Of a DNA stretch of 45,332 nucleotides, positions 24,237 through 35,784 are shown in pieces; position 1 is the stretch's first letter; every line of letters starts with the position of its first letter. This stretch comes from Chlorokybus atmophyticus (taxonomy: Eukaryota > Plantae > Mesostigma and Chlorokybus algae), in the NCBI GenBank assembly GCA_009103225.1, contig RHPI01003009.1, forward strand, positions 37,463 to 82,794. The letters are read 5' to 3'. The position numbers and the translations under genes are program-made. The notes beneath the pieces are model-generated. The model was not told where the DNA came from. It did no database searches and saw only the letters and a program-made list of their open reading frames with translations.

Positions 24237-27200
24237 CTTCTGGCTCAGGCTCAGGTTCAGGCTCTGGCTCAGCTTCTGGCTCCGGCTCCGGCTCCGGCTC
24301 CGGCTCGGCTTCGGGCTCGGCTTCGGGCTCGGCTTCGGGCTCCGCCTCCGGCGCCGCTTCAGGCTCCGCTTCAGGCTCCGCCTCTGGCTCAGCGGCCTCG
24401 GGTTCAGCTTCGGGTTCAGCTTCGGGTTCAGCCGCTTCCTCAGCCTGGCCCTCGGCTTCGCCTTGATCCTCGGCAGCAGCCTCAGGCTCGGCTTCCGCTT
24501 CTGCTTCTGCTGCAGGCTCTGCCTCAGCTTCAGCCTCAGCCTCAGCAGCCTCTGCCCCCAGCTCGGCCTCGACCTCGACCTCGGCCTCAGCCTCGGCCTG
24601 AGCCTCTGCCTCTGCCTCTGCCTCTGCTGTTCCCTCCTCAGCATCAGCTTCCGGCTCTGGGGCTGCCTCCGGCTCCTCCGCCTCCGCTGCTGCGGCCGCA
24701 GCCTCCTCCTCAGTCTCTTCTTGCATATCAAGTTCGGCGTCCGATATTGCTTCGCGCTCAGCTTCCGCCTCAGCCAGGGCCTCGGCCTCGGCTTCAGCCT
24801 CAGCAGCCAGGATGTCCGCATCCTCCTCTCCTTCAGCAGCAGGAGGCCCGGCGTGGCCTACATCTCCGTCTGCGTCTTCTGCACGCAAAAGCCATATACA
24901 TGTTGGCGCAAGTTTGACTGCAACAGCTTAGTGTGAGTCAAGGGAAACAAGCAACGTTACCAGGAGTGTGGTCTGATGCAAACAGCTCATCCACAGGCTC
25001 AACAGGCTCTGCGGACCGCATTTGTTGCTTGCCGTCCTGAGCATTCTCTTCTTCCTCCTGCTCATATTCTCCGTCATCATCGCTGTCCTCGTGCTCATGG
25101 TCCTCGTCAGACTCCGGCTCCTCATGATCGGACTCCTCCTCAGGCTCCGACTCCTCCTCTTTCTCATCCTCTGAAACAGGCTCGCCCCTGGCCTTCTTCT
25201 CCGCCTTCTCCTGCTTCTTCTTCGCCTTCTCCACCTTCTTCTGAGCCTTCTCTGCCCTCTTGGCAGCCACGGCCTGCTTCTTCTCAGCCTTCACAGCCCT
25301 CTTGGCTGTAACCTCAGCCTTCTTAGCTGCCCTCTGAGCCTTCTCCTCGGGTGTTCTCGCTACCCCTTTCGGCTTCCTTGCCGCTGGCGCTTTCACTGCC
25401 GGTGTTGCGGCCTTGCTCTTGACCGCGGTCCCGGTCACGGTTAAGTCAACCTCCCTTGAGCGGGGAGAATTGCTCTTTGCCTGCTGGCGCAGCCCCGTAA
25501 TCACTTCTCGAACCGCCTGCTTGCGCAGCCCCGATACTGCCTTCTGAACCTCGCCATAAACTTCATTTGGAGGCGGCACGGCTGATATCTACATCGTCAT
25601 GCACATACGGGGGTAAGCAAGTAACAGTGCGCATACACGCACGCACGCACATGCATACGCGAATACATCATTCACTTGAATTGAGTGCTTATCACATACC
25701 TTGCAGACCAGGCCTTTGCTCTCGTAGTAAGACACCACTGGCAAGCTCTCGTTCATGAATGTGTCAAAGCGCTTCTTGATGGTGGCCGCGTTGTCGTCCG
25801 CACGCCCACTCGTCTCCCCACGCTTCAGCAGCCTCGCCTCCATTGTCAAGAGCGGGCAATCGAAGAACAACACCAGAGACGCCGGACCAACCTGTTGCAG
25901 AGCAATTGTCAACATGAACACTTTGTTGTTAAAGGGCAATACCACACTGACACGTACTGTTTGTTCAAACGCTACAGCTTGGTCCAACGCTCGCGGGAAC
26001 CCATCAACGAGGAAGCGGGACTGGCCGCTGTGCTCCATCGCCTTCTTCAGGAGACTGATTGTGACGTCCATTGGAACAAGCTTGCCCTCCTTCATGAGAG
26101 CTTCACACCTGTGCAGGTGGTTGGTTACTGCATTGTCTGGCTTGTCCTGATTGTGCGTGTAGTTGTGGCTATGTGGCCTTGAGTAGTAGTAATGAGACCT
26201 TGTAGTGTTGTTTGTTGACTTACATCTTGCCAGTAGCTGTCCCAGATGCAACCTCAGCACGCAACAAGTCGCCTGCTGATAGGTGCTTGAACTTGAACTC
26301 CGCCACCATGCGCTCGCACTGCGTGCCTTTGCCACATCCTGGGCCGCCTTTGGACAAAAGGACAACAGGATCAGCCTCCTGCTGTCACGTGTGTACATGT
26401 CTATGTGTGACTGTGCGGTGTTAGACTCACCAAGTACAAACACAATCTCTGCATCTGCAAGAGCTCCCGTGGAGGTAGCCGAGGTGATTGTTGATGTTAT
26501 TGACCGCATCTCAGCTTTTTCTGCTGCCATACTGCGCTGCTCCTGCCTTGAAGCCAAGAATCTGTGGACTGCTGCAGCCTCTTCTGTCTGGTAAACATCA
26601 AGCAGGGACACACATAAGTTTCGCTGCTGCAGACCCAACTGATGTATTGCAGGTTGGTTGCTAAAACACACCTCATTGTGTGCAGTAAAGAAGGCTTTGA
26701 TCAATGCGCGGGACTCTGTTTGTGTGATGGGGTGAGCTTGCAGTAGCGCCGCGAAACAGCGCACATCCTTTTCCGTTGGCCTCGCATCTGTGTTGCCACC
26801 GACAGAACATGTACAGTGAGTAACTTGTATAGGTTAATCATTGTGTGCGAGGGTGACGTGTTGTGTGGCGTGAGATGTTTACCGCTTGGTGGTGATGTAA
26901 CTGCTTCAGCCAACACATAACCCATCAGCGTGGCGTACTGCTCTTCAGACCTGAAGGAAGCAGCAGACAAGACACATGGTTGGTCTGATTGACACAAGTC
27001 ATTGACAACTGTCAAACCTCCCTCGCAACCCAACACAACAGCATAGGCAAGCATTGTGTGTGTGACCAGTTTTCCAACTACCTGCACCTCACCCCATTGG
27101 CACGCAAGGCACGTGCACACTCATAGCAGCGGCCTCGATGCTTATCATATCGCCAGCACACGCATAAACCAAACACTAGTATGCTGAGCACTTGTGCCCA

Positions 27201-27626
27201 CACACGGCAATTGCAATGCCTCAGAAATTCTCACGGCCAAGTCTATAACGTTAACTGGTTGCTTCAGGCGATTTTGAGAAAGGGCTAAGTGAAAAAAGTT
27301 TGTTCCTCAGAATTGATGTATTGTTGTTTGGGGTGTCGTTGTTGATTCAGCTGTTGCTTGGTTCATTGTTGACGTTGACTGTGTTAACTGTGTGGGGCAA
27401 ACTCTTGTTATGCGTAGGCTTACATATTGGCAGGACGGTGGTGTTTCCTAAGGGCCTGCTCCAGTGAAACCGACTGTTTGATAGCCCGGGCAGCTTCACC
27501 ATTGGTATGGTTATCGCTGGCCGCCTGCTGCTTGATTGCGTGTGAGGCAGCAGGGGCATCGCTGCCAGCGACGCTCCTCTCCACGACGGGACCCAACGCC
27601 CCGTCACGAGACGCCCCGCACCCCAT
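24064..27626 (-). CDS. Adenylate/UMP-CMP kinase family protein with N-terminal MGCGAS acylation motif, extra helical N-domain and long Lys-rich plus Glu/Ala/Pro-rich tail
   Basis: Spliced P-loop IVFVLG|[10 protein letters not shown], then [53 protein letters not shown] and [11 protein letters not shown]. The frame continues into ORFs 24938-25579 and 24064-24888. Confidence 0.85.
24100..24700 (-). repeat. Coding hexamer repeats (GAGCCT/GAGGCC) encoding (EP)n and (EA)n
   Basis: A long GGCTCA/GGCTCC tandem run on the + strand explains the overlapping SG, LR and AQ repeat ORFs. Confidence 0.9.
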
Positions 27627-29987
27627 CGCTCACCCCACCTATGCTCCCCCTGCCCCTGCCCCTGCCGCCGCACACGCCGCCGCCGCCGGGGCGTTCGCCC
27701 CGCTTCGCCGGCGCTTCAGGGGTGAGCGGCAGGGTGGGGGGTTATTTTTGGCCCAACCCCGCATGGCCTTGGCGCTGTGTGCTAGGCCTGGCAGCGTTGC
27801 TACCTTTGCTTTGGGAATTTTGATGCTTTTGGTTGCCGGGCGTTGGTTGACCTAAAAACCCTCTCCGAACCCCGGACTTTCTTTCTGGGTCAGAAGTTCT
27901 GACCCCCCCACGTGGTCGGGGTTCATAACGCTTGCATGAAAACGGTTGCATTGAACGCGCGCTCGCTGCGGATTTCGTGAGGCCTGAATTGTGTGGACGC
28001 GCATCATTTAAGTTGCAATTCATGACAGGTGGCCGGGCGTGCTCGCTGGAGTGGATGAATGCTGCATTCAGAATGCAACTTGCATTTGCATTGAGCGTTA
28101 TGCCAAAGGTTTGTGACCATCAACCGTTAAGTCATGACCCTGGAGCTTACATGTATTGGTCATGAATGGAAGATGAAATGTGACATGTATAGCAAAGATA
28201 GCATGAGTAATGGAATGACTATAGAAGAAGTTGAAACACTGATAACGACGATAGTATATACAATAATATTGCGTGCGGTTTTGCAAGTAAGATTGCTAGT
28301 TTCTCTCACGCCCCCCCATTCACATGTGAATTGCAGATAAAAACCTGAGCAAAGTGCAATGTGAATCTTATAGAGAATGATGCACTATTTTTTTTGTGGT
28401 ATAAAGGTTAACTTTGATGCCAAACTCATTACACGCGCTTGTTTTCATGTATATGGTTCCATTCAAAGTCTGAGTTGTAACCAGAAAGATCACATGACTT
28501 GCAAGATTTAATATGAAGACATTTCCCGACTGCGTTGCAATTTACATTGATTAAATGAGCAGATGAAGATGTCGATTATTACTACAGTACAACAAAAAAA
28601 GCATCATGTATGTAAATTGTCCATTCATGCATATTTGAAATGAACATGTTCAACATGGAGGGCATCACCGTGATGTGACAATGTTTACTCAAATTCCAAA
28701 TAGTGCAACATTCTTTCAATTCATGCCAAAGTGGCGACTAAGATCGCGTGTTTATAGCTTGTAATACTATAATATTACAATCGCACTTATCTGTGCTGAT
28801 AGTCACGTAAAACATTTTACAAACTGTGCTGTTATACTCATGTTTGTGATGGCATATGATTAATGACATTACACGTGAAGACCAAAAGCCAGTTTGGGGA
28901 CGTATAAGTTTCTAGGTAGGGGAGAAAGATGAAGGTTGGGGCATAAAAGATGGGGAGGTGAAAAGTTAGATAATGGTATGCAATTTACAATGCCGATTTT
29001 TAAATTATACCATTGCTATGCTTATTTTGCCGCGTGTTTTCCCCACCGAAAATCGCATGGAACAAATGCACACTGGGAAAATTATACATCCATTAACTGA
29101 CAGGTTGGTCTTCATGTGTATGCACATGCACATTGCGCATATCTGAGTGGTATACCCCACACGCAACATATACATATATTTGCACATAATTGTGCACCTA
29201 TGTTTGTCGATTTAATATATGCTGAATTAACATATATCGTAGTGCTAAACAATTTTTGTAAAAACAGCAACTCTGTGAATACAAGTTACAAGTAACTTAA
29301 GCTTGTTCCAAAGAAGATAATAAGAGAACTTGCAAGTTCTTTTATTATCTTATCTTTTCAACGGCTCAACTTATACATTCTGATTGTCAACTGGAGCGCA
29401 TATATTGGTGGAGTTTAACAAGTAGTCAACCAAATATATTGGCGGCGCTGTTCATGAAATTTCGAAGCACTATGGTCAATGCGAGGTTAAAAATGTGTTT
29501 GAATTTAAGAAACTGAAAAACCTTCATCGATGGACACATATGGCGCACAATTATCTCACGAGTAACTCATGAGGACAAAACTTTGACGTGCAAAATTTTC
29601 TCACATCGATGCAGATCACTGATATATGGCATACCTATGAACCAGCACATATGTGCACAGTATAGGGTCGCATGCTACACATGTTACTGTCGGTGTGAGA
29701 AAGATGTAGGCATGATGACACACAATAGAAGACACAATGTACATATGTCAAGGTTAAGGGGTAACATATCAAAGCATGTGTGAGATTAATAAGAACTACA
29801 TGTACCTATCCATGAATCAACACGCAATATCATATACACACTAGTGTAACTCTTCCAAACCAACCGTATCTAGTCCAAACCAAACAACATATATCATCCT
29901 TACACCCAACTCCCTATGTACACCTGGTGTGTGCTGCACAGGCACTGTCGCACCTCACTTCATGAAGCATGCACAAGTCACCACACA

Positions 29988-31220
29988 CTACGACAGTCCC
30001 GTCCCCGAGCCAACCAGGTAGCCAACCCCAGCAGTGATTCCCATGGCAATGACGCCCCCGGCCACAACTCGAAGTGCAGCGCGCACGACGTTGGCACCAC
30101 CGAGTCGCGCCCCGACCCAGCCAAGGATCGCCAGCGTAAGCGTGGCCACGACGGACACCACCGGCACGCGGATCGCGCGGGCGTCGGGCGTGGCGGCGGC
30201 GGCGATCAACGGCCACATGCCGCCTGTCACGAAGGAGAGGGCGGATACGACTGCGGCCTGAGAGCAAAAGAGAAGTGTGTGTTACACAGTGTAATTTGAA
30301 CTTCCCATGCATGCACTCGCAAGCAAGCAAGCAAAAGCATGCACGCGCAGGCGCACATGCGCATGCGCGTACGTGCGTGTACAGTTGTATGTGCGAGCAC
30401 GCAGGCACGCACGCATGCGAGCCCAGGCGCGTGCAAGTGCACAAGGCCATGTGCATGTCACGAGTGGAAGTGCAGTCATGGTGCAGACGAGGTTGGGTAC
30501 CTGCAATGGCCTCGCTGTCGTAAACTCGGTAATCCCGAGCTCTTCTCTCATGTGTGCAGCAACAGCATCGCCTTCATGCAGCTCCAACGCCGCCTACAGC
30601 ACATTGTTCAGTTGATTTAATACGCATGCATCTGCATCCACGCGTGCGCTTGTGCGCACACGTGCCTGTGTGCCTGCGTGCCTGCGTCGCGTGCATCTGC
30701 GTTCACAACACATACCATGCGTGCAGTGGTGTAAGACAGTCCCCTCGACTTGAATATCATCGTGAGCTCATTCAGCTCATGTTCCGGGTGCGCTGCATGC
30801 TCCCATCTCTCTCTCTCAAGATCAGCTCTCTCAGTGTCTCTCTGACTCGACACGGATGTGTACTCCCCCACGGCCATGGACAAAGCCCCCGCGACGAGAC
30901 CCGCCACCCCCGCCGTCAATACACTCGCACGCGAGGGCGTCGCTGCAGCCACACCCAACACCAACGCAGCCGTGCTGACGATGCCGTCGTTAGCACCCAA
31001 AACAAGAGCACGAAGCCAACCGTTCCGCTCAACAAGGTGGCGCTCGTGTCCCTGAGGGAGAGGAGAAGAAGAAAGGAAGCAAGGCTTGGGAAGTGAAGTG
31101 GACATCACCATGGCTGGACTACGAGTTGTGTGTTCACAGCATGCAGGTGTATGCTTGCTTGCTTGATCATGCTGTTGCAGCTGCGAGATGCCTCACACAG
31201 CAACAACAAGCACACACACG

Positions 31221-31300
<80 letters not shown>

Positions 31301-31301
31301 N

Positions 31302-31338
<37 letters not shown>

Positions 31339-31641
31339 CAGCTACAGCCACATCCATGGCAACAGCAGCATGTTACCGCCAAGCACACATGCACACTTGC
31401 ACATTCAACTCGAGGTGTTGGCTGCAGCGCCACAGAAGGCAGCTAAAACAGCAAACAGGTTGCTCACCTGGTGTTCGTCAGCGTATTGGCTTTGAATCTT
31501 CTCTTCTTCTGAGACTGGTACGTCTGCCTTTACCTCGCTGCCGGCATGCCTCCCCTCTGCCAGAGTCGCTGCTATCGGCGCAGCAGGCGCTGGCAAAGGC
31601 ACCCGCACTGGCGGAGCCTCCACGTCTCTCTCCGCCTCCAT
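29988..31641 (-). CDS. VIT1/CCC1 (nodulin-21) family iron/manganese transporter, bacterial-like subtype, 4 exons
   Basis: Exons about 31641-31467, 31051-30716, 30593-30501 and 30257-29988. Motifs WLRALVLGANDGIVST, AGALSMAVGEYTSVSSQRD, HELNELTMIFKSRGL and AHMREELGI..ARPLQAA. Confidence 0.92.
31225..31336. repeat. (GA)n microsatellite in intron 1 of the VIT gene
   Basis: About 55 GA units with one N. Confidence 0.97.
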
Positions 31642-33068
31642 GATGGCGGGAACACCGAACAACAACAAAGTCTTCACCGTCCACCTAGCCGCCCACCTCA
31701 CCCACCTCACCAACGTCCGCCACACTACACTAGGAATGGTTGAGCAATTGAAGCAATCTGTTGTCCTGTGAAGCCAAGGCTGGACGGCGCCCCGGAAAAT
31801 ATGGGGTTCAACTGCTTTTTCTTAGGGGTTTGTGTCGCATTCGAGTGAATCATTTGGGGATTTGCGCTGGTTGTTTTCCTGGAGTGTGGCGGGCACACGC
31901 CTCGGATGCGGGAAATCAGGGGTCAGACGTTGACGTCAGGCATGGCGTCACGCAAGGTGTGATATAGGCACAATAGGGTGAGTTTGAGGTCCCAAGCTGT
32001 GGATATCAACATGACGGGAACCGGTGACGAGCCGGCCACGGCCTCCGCGGCCAATAAGATGCGTCCTTGTCGTGTGCCCACCATACGCTATGAGATGCCG
32101 TGCTGGCGGCATGTCGACATACCGTTGGTCGTGGCCGTTTGCGCTTTATCACACGGTTGATGGCTGTTGACTGCTGCAGCCTAATTGCTATTGTTGGGCT
32201 GAAAGGGCCTCGAGAAGGCCCATTGCCAGGTCAGCGTATATGCAGAGTAAATGAGATTGCACCGCGTGTACCTTAATGTGCCATGCATCACATAAGCATG
32301 CTTGCAATTTTACTCACTCCAATTGTGCATGCAATTTATACTATCTAGCTTTTAAAGATACTCATACCTTGCTGCCACGCATTTGATAGACGTATGCATA
32401 TATTATTGTGCTATACGATTTGTGTCAAACTACAATTACTGCGCGCGGGTTTTGCAACCGATGATAGATGCTTGGGATCATAATTACAATGATGATAAAG
32501 CATATTGGGCTGATGGCAGTAACTGTTCAATCGTGTAATTACTAATTATAATATGCAGCATGTGCATTGCTTGCTTTTTCAATTGCCAGTGCAAATGGCC
32601 TGCGGTTGTTTCTTTACGAGCTGTTCTAGCAAGGGTTGAGAAGCTGGGCGCCAACCATTCGTAGCGGGGCTGGTCTAAACGTGCGTCCAGCACATCGTCT
32701 TCGACGGTCTAATCCTCTTCGCCGCTGTCTCTCAACATGCCTTTCCCTCTCTCTTTTTAGTTGCTGCATGTAGCTGCTGTTTCAGCCTGCCCTCTGCTAC
32801 CGCACCACTTGGTTGTCACACATAGCGCATAGCACATAGCACATAGCATCATCTCTATATCGTCGACGACACTGTGTGCTCGGATTGTTGGATGTGATGT
32901 GGGTTAAATGCTTTGTGCTTATGAATATTGGCTGTGAATGCTTGCCCCTTGCGTATTACCCTATGCAACACTACTTCGTAAGTAAACAGTCATTATGAGT
33001 CAATATTGCGTCACCACCTACACTACAAGTTTCTACTGAAGCGCTATTGTTTCAATGAATCATATGAG

Positions 33069-33166
33069 CCATATAGCACATCGCGATGTACTATATGGTA
33101 GATGTGTATGCACTACAATGTAAGCCTTTACTTTACTATGCGAGTCACGCGTGACTCGCATAGTAA
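33069..33166. repeat. Two adjacent loop-less palindromes
   Basis: 33069-33098 is CCATATAGCACATCGCGATGTACTATATGG (one mismatch). 33133-33166 is TTACTATGCGAGTCACGCGTGACTCGCATAGTAA (perfect, 34 bp). Confidence 0.95.
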
Positions 33167-33991
33167 GTGCATGCACATTTATTGTGCAATAAGCAGCTGC
33201 AAATTTACGAAACTTTTGTTGGGCCAAGCTGGCTTTTCCTCCATATAAAATTATATATATTGTGTGCGTTCATGCAATTTCGGCACTATCCGCCCAAACC
33301 AAGATGTGATGAGTCGCATTGCTTTCAACGAAGTCTACATTGCATTGCATGCTGCCATATACCTACAGCACAAAACATAGTCAACTATAGTCACACGCAA
33401 AAAACTCGTCGTCCCTTTGCACTTCATTTACCTTGCCTTTACTATGTAACCTGACAAACACATGCATCACCGGTCGATCACAAGGAAGGGGTACGGTTAG
33501 GGTTAATGTTGGGGATAGCAGGGTCAGTATGACCTTGTGAATGTTATGTACATACATGGGGAAAGTAGACAGTGATGATGTGCGTCTGACTTGTCAATTG
33601 ACATGTGCTTGCTACTCATTGTGGTGTAAAACTGGTCCGCTTGTGTTGATTGCTATGCCTTGTGTACTGTGCAAGATAAGTGCAAGCAAGATGGCAAGAC
33701 ATTGCACAACCTCAAGCTTTGAGTAGATACACTCGCGTTTGTCGATTTTAAACACCAATAATCAACCCAACAAGTGTCATTCTGTGGAGTGATGTACAAG
33801 ATATGCTGCCAATAGTTGTGGACATGTATAACATCACTCACAACATGCCAAACAGCATGCAAGCACATTGTAACACAACCGCCAGGTTATACACACTGTT
33901 TGTTCCAACCTCACTACACTACACTAGTTTAGACCTCCCCATTAGACATGCATCCATGTGTATCAGTAGTGCATTACCTGCCCACACGGGC

Positions 33992-35149
33992 CGCAGCGGC
34001 ATGCCAACTGCGCCGCCGTTTCACCGCCCCTCCATCACCGCCTTTCGTCGACGCCATCGACAGCGCCGACGTAGGCGTTTTGCCTTTTCAACGCGATCTG
34101 AGAGCTGCAACGCAGCTGCTGCCACCATCGGCGCGCCACATGATTCCGCCTTTTTCGGCATTGGCGCGCGCGGAAGCGCGGAAGCTGCAGGAGGACATCT
34201 CCGCCACCGTCGACGCCGCGTTGGTCGACCGATTCAATGCCACCGCGATTACCGCCGACAGGGCGCGCCGTCAATCAGCTTCGGGTGTCGGTGCTGGCGC
34301 GTGGCTGTCGGCCTTGCCACTTTTCCCGGCGCTACGCATTTCCGCCGACATCTTCCGGACCGCGCTCAGGACGCTGCTAGGACTACCGCACTGTTGGTCA
34401 ACGTCGAGCACTGCTTGTGCGGGGGGCCGCTCACGGCCGAGGGCGCGCACCGCCCCTTGGGGAGGTGCCGCACGGCAACGCATGACGCGTTGCGCGACGA
34501 GGTATATGGCGTGATGCGTGACGCAGGGTTTTCGGTCAGTAGGGAGCAGAGCGGTTTTATGCCGATACTGCCGGGTGAGATGAGGGGGAGGAGGGTGGAC
34601 TTGGTGGCCTCCGAACCCGGTCGAGATACGCGCATGCTCTTGGATGTCACAATCACCGCATGCGGCGAGCAACCGGGAGGCGCAGCGAAGGCGGCTGAGC
34701 AGGTGAAGCGGCGAAAATACCACGATCACCCCGTCGCCGACACATTTCATCCCCTCGCCGCCGAGACGCACGGCACCCTGGGCCAGAGTTTTCACGACGT
34801 CATCGACACATGCGCTAGGAGGGCACTGGCTGCACGTGACCTGCCATTGCGCAGGCTATCGGGCTACTTGGCTCTGTACCGGCAGCGCGTGTCTTGCGCG
34901 CTGCAGCGCGCCCAGGGCATCACCATCCTGGAGCGGGGGGCGGCAGTCGTTGCGGCAGTACCAGGCTGGGGCCCAGTCCAGACGGCGGCGCCAACGGCGG
35001 AAGCGGACGCTGTGCTGGCAGCTGCGGCAGTGTAGTTGTGTAGGCGTGCTTGCATGCCGCTGGCATGCGTGTGAGTATGCTTGTGCAGTGATAGGCAGGG
35101 TTGACAGCACGTAGCTTGGTGTGACGATGTCGCTGTTAGTGAATGAGAG
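33992..35149 (+). mobile_element. 5'-truncated CRE-clade non-LTR retrotransposon (zinc knuckle plus restriction-like endonuclease)
   Basis: The exact 16-bp direct repeat ACCTGCCCACACGGGC occurs at 33976-33991 and 35150-35165. The insert is GC-rich. Motifs SASGVGAGAWLSALP..FRTALRTLLGLP are followed, after a frameshift near 34390, by CLC..H..C, HDALRD, RVD, LLDVT, AEQVKRRKY, FHPLAAETHG and RVSCALQRAQG. Confidence 0.88.
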
Positions 35150-35420
35150 ACCTGCCCACACGGGCTCTGTGCTCAACATATGATGCCATTGTACTATGAT
35201 AGTCAATGTGATGACCCAAAAAACACCAATGCAAGGCTGTGCGATGGGCTTGCTACAAGTGCTGTACGCGCACACGGCAGCGCAGCGACAGCAGTGTGCT
35301 GCATGCCGTGCATGGGACTGCATGCTGCGCGTCAATGGGTGCAAACCCTAACGCTGGACAATGTAGTTGCGGCCGACAACAGAGCGTCCAGACGGCGGGA
35401 GGATAGGGTGCCGGGAAGGG

Positions 35421-35611
35421 AGGGGGAGTCCAATTGCTGCTGCTCTTGTGACCGCTGGTGCTGCTGCAGCAAATAAGCCGCTAACCAGGTGGCGCTGGTG
35501 CAGGTAACCACGATTGCAACGTGTGCATGCATGCCTGACAGGGGGCGTAGATGTAGGTGTAGGAGTAGAGTAGGTAGCCCGGTGGTCGCGTATGCAGTAA
35601 CGAGGTGAGTG
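35421..35611 (+). repeat. Dispersed repeat, copy B (homologous to 9290-9480)
   Basis: Same ordered blocks as copy A. Confidence 0.7.
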
Positions 35612-35784
35612 TGTTCTGCAGAGTGTTGCATGCGTGGTGTTGTCTGAATGGGCATACCCCTCTCGCATTCTCGGTGCACTGCACAGTACCATACCCCTTA
35701 TACACCCCATACCGACAACAGATGATACATCCATCGATGGTCATTGGACTGCAACATCAATCAACATCTAGGCCATGCAAGCGA

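Noticed and set aside
23916-24936. Long overlapping ORFs (SG-, LR-, AQ- and SL-repeat proteins) on both strands
   Set aside because: They are a by-product of stop-free hexamer repeats. Only the Glu/Pro/Ala frame splices to the kinase.
27960-29900. AT-rich blocks (also 5330-6148 and 43850-45332) as foreign DNA or hidden elements
   Set aside because: No termini, coding motifs or clear mutual homology were found by eye. They are most simply old intergenic or decayed repeat DNA.
31093-31643. ORFs with (ER)n or (LS)n tracts
   Set aside because: These are translations of an intronic (GA)n microsatellite.
33961-33991. U1 snRNA or spliced-leader gene as the CRE target (TTACCTG resemblance)
   Set aside because: The similarity stops after 7 nt, and no snRNA stem-loops or Sm site follow.
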